Origin: Candidatus Latescibacterota bacterium
Lineage (GTDB): Bacteria > Latescibacterota > UBA2968 > UBA8231
Length of the DNA: 64,000 nucleotides
Reading direction: 5' to 3'
NCBI GenBank assembly: GCA_965219385.1
Contig: CBDCNM010000002.1
Coordinates: 1,854,936 to 1,918,935 of the forward strand
Both the position numbers and the translations under genes were made by a program. Positions within the stretch are counted from its first letter, which is position 1. Each line of letters opens with the position of its first letter. The notes below the pieces were generated by a model. It was not told the DNA's origin, did no database searches, and worked only from the letters and a program-made list of their open reading frames with translations. This document shows positions 41,160 to 50,316 of the stretch, one piece after another.

Positions 41160-42158
41160 ATGGAATCTATCATCCATAGTGTGATGAAATTTAAAGTTAT
41201 AGGTCCGTACAGGCTGCGTGTCTTCTTTGAGGACGATACGTACCAAGATATAGATTTTCGTCCGGTCTTGGCGGGTCGGATATTTAGTCCTTTGAAAGAT
41301 CTTTCCCTATTTAACCAAGTCAGTATAGAGGATGATCTGTTGACGTGGCCCAATGGGGCAGAATTTTCGTCAGATACACTTTACAACTGGTCGAAACGGT
41401 TGCCCGTACTGCGAGAACAAGCAAGGGAATGGAAAAGGGGATTTAAGGAAGTTTCCTTTGAAGACTCTCAGCAGATTATTTTTGATTGGGATGAGATTAA
41501 TGAATTAGTGGATGGTGACGTAGAAAAGTATAAGAAGAAGATTCCATATTTTTATAATGCGATAGGTCGGCTTGAGTTGGATGTAGAAATAGCTAGACGA
41601 TTGTACTTACTGGAGCCTCATCCGCATATTCGGCGGCGTATAGAGACATTGCAAGAGACGATACAGAAGATTCGAGAACACTTAAAATCCTGTTTGGAGG
41701 AATTTGGGGATGGAGTAGAAAAACAGCTCTCCCAGTATTGCAGTACAAGAGGGAAGAAAACAAAGTCAAACTTGAAATTTGAAAATAAAAATATAGAAAT
41801 GGAAGAAGAATTGCAGCGTATTGAAAAACAGTTGCGAAATTCTAAGGACGAGTGGCAATGGCATGTAACCCGAATAATCACGGAAATTCCGTCAGATCAT
41901 CTGGCCACTTATGGATGCATTGCGAAAATTGCCAACCAATGTTTTGGCCATACTCTCATATCTCGGAACGTCGCATGGTTACGAAAACACCTCTATAAAT
42001 TGTTGACTCATGACACGCAGGTTCCCTTACATCGCGTGGCAAAGGCTGGAGATGTGGAATCGCGTGCGGATTCGGAAGAAACGAAGGAATACAACGATAG
42101 GCTACGGGGACAGGAAGGGTCATTGACGAATCTTGTCTGGTGGGATCCTTATGCGTGA
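41160..42158 (+). CDS. DUF2442 antitoxin-like domain fused to an alkyltransferase-like (MGMT/Atl) domain
   Basis: YRLRVFFED..LTWPNGAEF; C-terminal IP..LATYG.IA..SRNV..VPLHRV. Confidence 0.7.
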   Translation: MESIIHSVMKFKVIGPYRLRVFFEDDTYQDIDFRPVLAGRIFSPLKDLSLFNQVSIEDDLLTWPNGAEFSSDTLYNWSKRLPVLREQAREWKRGFKEVSFEDSQQIIFDWDEINELVDGDVEKYKKKIPYFYNAIGRLELDVEIARRLYLLEPHPHIRRRIETLQETIQKIREHLKSCLEEFGDGVEKQLSQYCSTRGKKTKSNLKFENKNIEMEEELQRIEKQLRNSKDEWQWHVTRIITEIPSDHLATYGCIAKIANQCFGHTLISRNVAWLRKHLYKLLTHDTQVPLHRVAKAGDVESRADSEETKEYNDRLRGQEGSLTNLVWWDPYA

Positions 42159-42224
42159 GGGTATGGCGATGGGAAGTCAGAACCCTTGTCAGTCGTACCA
42201 CCTGGATGTCAAATTGCACGTCAA

Positions 42225-42299
42225 CGGCTCAAGTAGCTATGGGCGGATGGCGGCTATGTGGGGGCCGACCTCAAAGCCTGGTTGGCCGAGAAAAGACGC
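42225..42299 (+). mobile_element. IS5-family transposase fragment
   Basis: RLK*LWADGGYVG resembles the WADGGY catalytic-Asp motif; in-frame stop. Confidence 0.5.
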
Positions 42300-42335
42300 T
42301 ACATCGACCGCGTGAACTTGGAGGATTACCACTAA
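42300..42335 (+). pseudogene. higB: HigB toxin 3' end
   Basis: YIDRVNLEDYH*, TAATG-coupled to higA. Confidence 0.8.
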
Positions 42336-42640
42336 TGGCTACCAACAGCATCAAAGTGAATATGACCCCTTCACATCCGGGTGACTTCATTCGCACGGAG
42401 ATCATCGAGGGGTTGGGTCTGAACGTGACAAGGGCGGCCAAGATTCTGGGAGTTCGGCGGGCAACGCTTTCGGACTTGCTGAACGGCAACGCCGCGCTAT
42501 CGCCGGAGATGGCACTGCGCATCGAGAAGGCATTCGATGTGGGCATGGACATGCTGCTGAGGATGCAGGCCTGGTATGACGCCTCGCAGATGCGCGCCCG
42601 TGCAGGTGAGATCAGCGTCCGGCGCTATGAGCCTGCCTGA
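42335..42640 (+). CDS. higA: HigA family antitoxin
   Basis: HPGDFIRTEI, LSPEMALRIEKAF, LRMQAWYD. Confidence 0.92.
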   Translation: MATNSIKVNMTPSHPGDFIRTEIIEGLGLNVTRAAKILGVRRATLSDLLNGNAALSPEMALRIEKAFDVGMDMLLRMQAWYDASQMRARAGEISVRRYEPA

Positions 42641-42669
42641 CCTAAGAAGGATTGATGCGGAGAGAGCCC

Positions 42670-43470
42670 ATGAGATCTGTGGAGGCTGTACGAGCAGAAC
42701 TTGACGACCGATACGGGGACCTCTTCAGCTTCGCCTCGCGTGTCGTGGTGAAGAATCAGGCCCACGCGGACCGATGGCGCGACAAGGAGAACGAAACTGG
42801 CGTCGTACTGTATCATTTCGCGAAGGCCGTAAACCTCCTCGACGCGACCCGTAGACTATGTCATGATGGCTTCGCCCGGGAAGCGATCGCCACCTCCCGC
42901 AGTCTGTTCAATCTCTTCATCAATCTCCGATGGCTCACGAAGCCAGGGGAGACTTCCCAACGCCTTAAGAGGTTCACCGATCATGAGAAGACGTCAAAGG
43001 CCAACAATGCGATGACGCTCATCAAGTGGGACAAGAACATTACCGAAGAGCAGAAGCAACAGCATTGCGACCTGATTCGGAGGATTCGCCCGATTGCCAA
43101 GTCACTTGGAATCGATAAGGGCAGAAACGGGATGTACTCGAACTGGCATCCCGGGATTCAGGAAATGGCGAAGGATGTAGATCTGCTGAGTGACTACCAC
43201 ATCACGTATAAGAGGCTCTCCCAAACGGAGCACACGGACCCGGAATCGGTACGGGAATACCTGAAGGATGACGACAGTAAAGCACTCATGCATGGCGATG
43301 TGGGCCCAAGTACGGAGTACGCACCATTGGTGATGATCGATAGCATCCGCTACTTCCTGAACGTGAAGCGCGACGCCGCTCCTCTCCTGGGATTCGATGA
43401 GAGCCAGGAGGAGTTGGCAGAGCTTGGACGAATCATAGAAAAGTATGCGGATTCACTCGCGAACTGTTGA
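42670..43470 (+). CDS. DUF5677-like helical protein
   Basis: A..TSRSLFNL.INLRWL and YKRLSQTEH pattern. Confidence 0.55.
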   Translation: MRSVEAVRAELDDRYGDLFSFASRVVVKNQAHADRWRDKENETGVVLYHFAKAVNLLDATRRLCHDGFAREAIATSRSLFNLFINLRWLTKPGETSQRLKRFTDHEKTSKANNAMTLIKWDKNITEEQKQQHCDLIRRIRPIAKSLGIDKGRNGMYSNWHPGIQEMAKDVDLLSDYHITYKRLSQTEHTDPESVREYLKDDDSKALMHGDVGPSTEYAPLVMIDSIRYFLNVKRDAAPLLGFDESQEELAELGRIIEKYADSLANC

Positions 43471-43599
43471 GCCAGCCGCCGCACCCATGATGGAATTGTC
43501 CGGATCCACTTGCCGAGAACAGAATTGGCGAAATCTGAGACAGACCACCAGTAATGGTCATCGCCAGAGCCTCAATTGTTTGTGGCGAGAACTTACCCA

Positions 43600-44808
43600 T
43601 TATACCTCTCCCGCAAAAGCCTTTCGCAGCAGGGCCGACGGCATGGCGTCAATGGCGTCCAATTCTTCTTCTGCCGTCGCTTGCGCTTTCTCCACCGCCG
43701 CCATCTGATTTTTGAGAGTTGTTGCAATCCGCCGCTGCTCTTCAAGCGACGGGAGAGGAATTTTTCGGTTGAGTAGGTACTCTTGAGGCAATCTTTGTTG
43801 TCCTACTGAACCGGTGAAATGTTCTGTCGCTTCAAGAAGAACGCTGGGCTGTCGAACGAAGAAGTGTATCCACTCGGCGATGATGTGCTCGCCTGGACGG
43901 AGGACATGGAACTCCGTCGTGCCGAATCCAATACCACCTAATAGGTCTCGAGCTATCGCGTGTTTTCCGTTCTGCATACAAGGGGTAATTTTTGCGAAGA
44001 GAACATCCCCTTCAGTGAAGTAGGTATATCCTCTTTTGATTTCACCAAACGGGCGCACCTGTGAATCCGCGGATCCAGATTTTGCATCAACGGCCTCCAT
44101 GGGGACGAACGTCGTTGGCGTTTCGTCGGACCGATCGATAGAGGGGCGTCGTGGGTTAATCTCGCACACCTCCCCCAACTTGGCCCATCGCCATCCATCA
44201 GGAAGAAGTTCACCGGATTGGTAAAAGAAATTGCAGAGGAAAGCGGCAGGCAAAGCTCTGACGCCTTCAAGACGAGCTTGGGCTGCTGCTCGGGCCTTCT
44301 CCACTGCCGCCAACTGCATTTTGAGAATGGCCGTAATCCTCCCCTGCTCTGCAAGCGACGGGCAAGGAATTGCAAATGACTCCAGGTCGTCCCGATTGAT
44401 TGCCTCGAATGTACTACCAGTGCCTTTACTCACTAGTGCTTCTTCGTAATGCCTTAACGCGAGAAGGATGAAATCGCGGTTGGCGCCTTTCCCACATCGT
44501 ATTGCGGCGAGTCCACGACCAATACAGCACTCGACATCTGCAATGTTTGTGGGACCAACTGGTGCGCGGACAGAGATGAGAATGTCACCGGGCTGGGCGA
44601 TTTTTTTAGGGGCCACACACCAGACACGGGCAACAGGAGAGGCTGTGCCGAAATCTGCTTTCCCCTGAAAAAAGGGAAGTCCTTCAGGCGTGGTTCGATA
44701 CGTAGATGACGGTGGCGATTGACCAGCAATTATCTCGCACACCTCTCCCAACCTAACCCATCGCCATCCATTGGGAAGGCGTCCTGATTCTGTAGCGGCG
44801 TCACTCAC
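43600..44808 (-). CDS. hsdS: Type I R-M specificity subunit
   Basis: Two TRDs, repeated LP.GWRW..LGEVCEI and PSL.EQ.RI helices. Confidence 0.92.
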   Translation of the reverse strand: MSDAATESGRLPNGWRWVRLGEVCEIIAGQSPPSSTYRTTPEGLPFFQGKADFGTASPVARVWCVAPKKIAQPGDILISVRAPVGPTNIADVECCIGRGLAAIRCGKGANRDFILLALRHYEEALVSKGTGSTFEAINRDDLESFAIPCPSLAEQGRITAILKMQLAAVEKARAAAQARLEGVRALPAAFLCNFFYQSGELLPDGWRWAKLGEVCEINPRRPSIDRSDETPTTFVPMEAVDAKSGSADSQVRPFGEIKRGYTYFTEGDVLFAKITPCMQNGKHAIARDLLGGIGFGTTEFHVLRPGEHIIAEWIHFFVRQPSVLLEATEHFTGSVGQQRLPQEYLLNRKIPLPSLEEQRRIATTLKNQMAAVEKAQATAEEELDAIDAMPSALLRKAFAGEV

Positions 44809-47173
44809 GCGGCAAACATCCTCTTCTTCGTCTCAGTGAGCAACTTGTGGGGAGTGCCCGCCTGTTGCAGTGCCGTCATGCCCCCGGCGTTCCGGACTAC
44901 GGGGACTTGGAATATCCTGGGGTTCTCCAGGGCTTCGGTGCCGCCCCGCTCGAATTGGCCGGCGATGGCGCGGATGGTGTTGGCGGCTTTGCCCGGTAGT
45001 GCGTCGAGCCAGTCTTCGTGTTTGTACCTGAAGGCCAGTACGCGGTCGGGGTAGGTGCGAGGGGCCAGGCCCCAGCCCAGCTCGGCCAGAACGTCGTACA
45101 GGTCGTATTCTTCCTTCTTCTCTACTTGGCGGATGACAGTGGGCGGATAGCCGGACCCGACCAGACTGTCGATCAATTCTCGCCGCGAAGGCGGGTTGAT
45201 CCAGCAGGTGCGGAAGTCGTCGAGGGTGCGCACCTCTTGGACCAGTCGTTCGGCCATCTTCGCTTTGTACTCCTCCAGCGGCACGGGAACTGGGCGACCA
45301 TCTTCCTCGACGACGATAAAGCGGCCGGCATCGGTGATGTGTACGTCGAAACCCTCGACGCGAATAGGCTGAGGCAGGTCCGGCCCATCGCCGCCGCCGC
45401 CTTCACTGCTGGTGCGCGTTGGGCGGGTGGTAAAGTCCTCGCTGAACAGGCGGGTAGCGTCGGTGTAGTCGTAAATGCGGAACGTCAGCTTATTAGTCGG
45501 CCCGTCGATGCGCGTACCCCGCCCGATCATCTGGTAGAAGCTGATCGGGCTTTTGAGATACTTGAAGAAGACGATGTTGCGAACACAGGGCACATCAACG
45601 CCGGTGGTCAGCAAATCCACCGTAGTGGCGATGAAGTAGCCGCTCGACGAGGCGCGGAAATCGGGGAGCTGGTCGTTGCCGCTGCTGGCTGCGGTGCATT
45701 TGAAAGCGTAGGGGTCCCGCCGCTGCTTGCCGTTGGCGGCGCACCAGTCCGCGTAGAGGTTGTTCATACAGGCGGCCACCTCGTCGGCGTGGTTGTCGCG
45801 GACGCAGAAGACGATGGTCTTTTGTTCGGGGCCGCCGATGGGGAGGAGATATTGAAACAGATCGCGGCATAAGGCCTGCACCCGGTCGGACAGCAAGATG
45901 CGGTCTTCGTAAGCGGTCTTGGCGTAGTGCTCCTCGATTTGCTCGCGGGTAAGAGAAATGCCCGTGCGGGCGTCTACCGGACCGCGCCTCATAATGTCGT
46001 CTATGGTAAGGCCAGTGTCGTCGAGGTTGACGCGCCCCTTTTGGACTTCGCAGGCGGCCAGATAACCATCCTCGATGCCCTGGCCCATGCCGTATTCGTA
46101 CACGGGTTCGCCGAAATAGCGGATGTTGTTGGCCGTGATTGCCGCGTCTTCCTCGGCTTCGGCGGTCTCTTCCCGGCATTTCAATTGGCGCGGCGTTGCG
46201 GTGAGCCCGATCTGTACGGCCTTACTGTTGCGCGTGAGCACCTGCGACCACTTGCCCCAGGCCGAGCGGTGGCATTCGTCGATGACAATGTGGGTGAAGT
46301 GGTTTTCGGGGTAGTAGGTGGTCAGGAAGTTGGCGTCGCCGTCGTCGTTGGCCACGCCGAGGGTCTGGTAGGTGGCGATGTGGATGCGGGCGTTGCGGGC
46401 ATTATTGGTGCCGTCTGGCCGGCGATACACGGCGGCAGCGTCGGCACCAAAGGCGTTCTGGAAGGCTTGGACCGCCTGGGCGCGCAACTCGTCTCGGTCA
46501 CAGAGGAAAAGGGCGCGGGTAAGCTGTCCGGCGTCGGCAATGCGCTTGAGGAGGTTGACGGCGATGAAGGTCTTGCCGCAGCCGGTCGCCATGGAAAGCA
46601 GCGCCCGTTTTGGCTCGTGGGTGCTGTGCTCTCGCAGCGGGCGCTGTGCTCCATGACGGCGCGGATGGCCGCGTCCTGATAGTAGCGCCGGGTGCCTTCG
46701 CCGCTGGAGTAGGGTTGTAACAGAGGCCGGGCAGCGGGTGATTCGAGAGCAAAGCCGATGCCTTGCTCGTAGCGGCTACGCAGCTTCTGCGGGGTCGGGA
46801 ACTGGCTCATGGGGAGGGGCGCGGAGGTCTGTCCGGTGAAGTGGTCGTACTCGACGAACTGATGGCCGTTGGAAGAGAACACGAAGCGGACGTTGAGCCG
46901 CTTGCACTTGGCATAGCCTTTCGCCTGGTCAAGGCCAAACCCCGGGGGCAGGCTTTCCTTTTTTGCCTCGATCAGGGCCAGGGCGACGGGCTGGGTGTGT
47001 GCGTTGACCTTGACCCGGAGCACGTAGTCGATCTGGCCGCGCTGGCGGCGACCACTGATGGCCTCAATGGCCCCGGCCGTCTCCTCGCGCCGGATGAGGT
47101 CTTCGGTCCAGCCGCGCTGGTGAATGGCTGGGTCGATGAGCTTGGCTCTGGTATCGGCTTCGTTGAGGCTCAT
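44805..47173 (-). pseudogene. hsdR: Type I R-M restriction subunit, frameshifted near 46610-46650
   Basis: EADTRAKLID, IEAK in ORF 46322-47173; ATGCGKT, DECH, QMIGRGTR in ORF 44805-46592. Confidence 0.88.
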
Positions 47174-47334
47174 TTGTGCTGCTCCAATTCAGCGCTATCC
47201 TGCTCGCTAAGAAGCGGTCTCCCCTAATCGTCAAGCAGCAGCGGCAGCACCAGCACCGTCAGCAGGTCACGCCGACACCGGCGATAGCGATCAATTCGGC
47301 GCTCCATCAGGTTCAGCGGGTGTTGCCCCACAAA

Positions 47335-47408
47335 TCGAGAGGATAGGACAAATAAAGGGCCTTACCGGGAGCCGGTCAAGGAACGGACGTGGGGCGCGCT
47401 GCGCGGTG
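47335..47408. repeat. ~72-bp direct repeat, copy 1
   Basis: 24-bp identical core ggataggacaaataaagggcctta shared with 54036-54059. Confidence 0.9.
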
Positions 47409-47515
47409 TGAGCGCTCGGCCCACGTCCGGCGCCGGGGCTTGACGGGGCGCGGGGAAGACGATACGTTGGACAGGACGGACTTCTGCGTCCCTATTTCTA
47501 CTGCGGAGGTATTTT

Positions 47516-50185
47516 ATGAAGAAGATTGTTATGTTCTTTTCTCTGTTGTTCCTCGCCCATTCAACTCTGTTTGCCGCCGGGTTAAAAGGCACAGTGCGCG
47601 ATGCTGAGACTGGAGAATCACTGCCGGGTGCAAACGTATACTTAGAAGGTGTCGGGCGAGGAACTTCTACAGATCTCGATGGACAATTTGAGATCGCCAA
47701 TGTCGGCGAAGGCAGCCATACTCTCATCATAAGTTTTATAGGATACAAAGAATATCGCAGCCCCGTTGTTGTAGAAGCGGGTGCTGTCGAGTTGTTTGTG
47801 GAACTCATGCCCGAGATATTTCGAGGCAAAGAAATCATCGTCGTTGCCGATCGGGCCAAATTGCGAGAAACACCCATTGCCTTCTCAGATGTCCCAAAAG
47901 TCGATATGCAGCGCAAACTCGGCTCTCGGGATCTGCCGATGATTTTAAATGATACGCCGGGTGTTTATGCGACCGAGCAAGGCGGGGGATCTGGCGATTC
48001 TCGCATCAATGTGAGGGGATTTGACCAGCGCAACGTCGCCGTTATGATCAATGGCGTACCAGTCAACGATATGGAAAACGGCTGGGTTTACTGGTCCAAC
48101 TTCGATGGGCTAAGCGCTGTCACGTCGTCAATTCAGGTACAGCGCGGATTGGGTGCCTCAAATCTGGCGATTGCCTCAGTGGGTGGCACAATGAACATCA
48201 TCACCGATAGCGCCCGTCAACAGCGCGGGTTCAAGATCAAACAGGAGGCAGGGAACAACGCCTTTTACAAAACCAAGGTCAATTTTTCATCGGGTTTGCT
48301 GGATAACAAAACGGCTTTCACCCTGGGCATGACGCGCAAAATCGGCGCTGGTCTGCCCGATCAGGCATGGTCATCGGCGTGGTCCTATTTTGGTGCTTTG
48401 AGCTTTTTGGCATCCGACACACACAAAATTGATCTGTTTGTCTCAGGCGCGCCGCAACGCCATGGGCAGCGTCTCTACAAGCAATCCATTGCAGCCTTTG
48501 ATGCCGATTACGCCCGATCGCTGGGCATTGACGTTACGAGTGTAAAAAGCCGTGGCGTCAATTACAATCCCAACTGGGGGTGCTCGCCATTTTCATCCTA
48601 TCAGGAGTATTACAACGGCAAAGTCCACGATGCACGCGACAGCGAGATCATCATGGAACGCGAGAATTATTACCACAAACCCCAGGTCAATTTGAACTGG
48701 TACTGGGCACCCCAAGCGCAGTTCATTTTGTCCAATGTATTTTATTTTTCGCGCGGGAAAGGCGGCGGCACAGGGCGTTCGGGTTCCGACCCGGGTGCGC
48801 TAGCCGATGGCAGCATCAACTGGCAACGCGTTGCCGATGAATTGAACACCCAAACGGCATCAGAAGCCAATCCCGATCTGGTGGGTGCAGGCGAAGTGGG
48901 CAGCAATGAAATTGCGGCAAAGACCATTATCCGAAACTCGGTCAATCAACATTTCTGGTATGGATATTTGGGCACGGCCGAATATCGTTTGAGCAACACC
49001 TATAAGCTGGCCTTTGGCATGGATTTGCGCTATTACAAAGGTCAGCACTGGCGCGAAGTGCGCAATTTGCTCGGTGCCGATTATTACGTTTTTGCCTGGG
49101 ACGACAACGCCACGACATCCGTCAAGCGACTCGGAGACAAAGTCTCCTACCACAACGATGGCCTTACGCGCTGGGGTGGCGGTTTTGCACAACTCGAAGG
49201 GCGGTTTAACAACTTTACGGCATTTTTGAGCACATCGGGATCAGTAACGGGTTATAAGCGCATCGACTATTTCCGCGCAAGGGTCAATGGCGAATGGGAT
49301 CAGACAGACTGGGAAAACTTCAAAGGCTACACCGTGAAAGTGGGTGGCAACTACAACGCCACCCCCGCAGTCAATCTGTATGCCAACGTGGGCTGGCTTT
49401 CAACAGCACCCAAATTCGACTCCGTTTACCACTATGACAACAGCCTCTACGATCCCACATTCAATGAAAAAGTCGCTTCTTTTGAGCTGGGTACCGGTTA
49501 TCTCAAGCGCGGTGTGTTCACCGGAAACGCAAACTTCTATTACACCAAATGGATAGACCGCTCGTGGCCCAAGAGCATTTACAGTGCCAAACTCGACCAG
49601 CGCTTCCGATTTTTGCTGAACGGCATTGACGCGCGGCATACAGGCGTAGAGTTCGACCTGAGGGCGCGTCCCCATTCCATGTTTGAGGTGCGCGGCATGG
49701 TGTCACTGGGCAATTGGGAATGGCTCAACGATGCCGATGTCACATTTTCACCCGAAGAGGATCCATCGGCTATCGGCAACTTTCAAGTCTATGCCAAAGG
49801 GCTAAAGGTGGGCGACTCGGCGCAAAAGACCCTTGCCCTGAGCGCTACGATGTTTCCTGTGCGCGGCCTCTACGCCTCGCTGGGTCTGAGGCGATTTATG
49901 GATCACTACGCCAAATTTGATCCCGCCAACCGAACCGACCCCAACGACCGAAAACAGTCCTGGCAACTCCCGAGTTACAATCTGGTGGATCTGCACGCGG
50001 GTTACACACTGCCCGGCGATACATTTGGCAATGGCAAAGTGAGACTGCAATTGCACGTCTTCAATTTGTTTGGCGAACGCTATGTGTCCGATGCAGATGA
50101 CGGCGATCAACACGACGCAGCCACCACTCGCGTATTCCTCGGGCTGTCGCGTCGATGGCATATTTCACTATCGTACGATTATTAG
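47516..50185 (+). CDS. TonB-dependent receptor with carboxypeptidase-like N-domain (lower GC)
   Basis: Signal peptide, GTVRDAETGESLPGANV, RGFDQRNVAVMING, terminal YDY. Confidence 0.9.
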   Translation: MKKIVMFFSLLFLAHSTLFAAGLKGTVRDAETGESLPGANVYLEGVGRGTSTDLDGQFEIANVGEGSHTLIISFIGYKEYRSPVVVEAGAVELFVELMPEIFRGKEIIVVADRAKLRETPIAFSDVPKVDMQRKLGSRDLPMILNDTPGVYATEQGGGSGDSRINVRGFDQRNVAVMINGVPVNDMENGWVYWSNFDGLSAVTSSIQVQRGLGASNLAIASVGGTMNIITDSARQQRGFKIKQEAGNNAFYKTKVNFSSGLLDNKTAFTLGMTRKIGAGLPDQAWSSAWSYFGALSFLASDTHKIDLFVSGAPQRHGQRLYKQSIAAFDADYARSLGIDVTSVKSRGVNYNPNWGCSPFSSYQEYYNGKVHDARDSEIIMERENYYHKPQVNLNWYWAPQAQFILSNVFYFSRGKGGGTGRSGSDPGALADGSINWQRVADELNTQTASEANPDLVGAGEVGSNEIAAKTIIRNSVNQHFWYGYLGTAEYRLSNTYKLAFGMDLRYYKGQHWREVRNLLGADYYVFAWDDNATTSVKRLGDKVSYHNDGLTRWGGGFAQLEGRFNNFTAFLSTSGSVTGYKRIDYFRARVNGEWDQTDWENFKGYTVKVGGNYNATPAVNLYANVGWLSTAPKFDSVYHYDNSLYDPTFNEKVASFELGTGYLKRGVFTGNANFYYTKWIDRSWPKSIYSAKLDQRFRFLLNGIDARHTGVEFDLRARPHSMFEVRGMVSLGNWEWLNDADVTFSPEEDPSAIGNFQVYAKGLKVGDSAQKTLALSATMFPVRGLYASLGLRRFMDHYAKFDPANRTDPNDRKQSWQLPSYNLVDLHAGYTLPGDTFGNGKVRLQLHVFNLFGERYVSDADDGDQHDAATTRVFLGLSRRWHISLSYDY

Positions 50186-50316
50186 CGGTCAGCAGTCCAT
50201 TTTCATCCAGGACGCAGGTGCTGGCCTGGGACATGCTGTGCGGTGTAAGCGCTCGGCCCATGGTTTCGTACTCGCTTGCCCCATCGCCGATCCTACCCGA
50301 CGCAACGAGTGAGGGC

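Noticed and set aside
43600..44808. hsdS shufflon or invertible TRDs
   Set aside because: Single hsdS, no spare TRDs or invertase; internal repeats are the normal conserved regions
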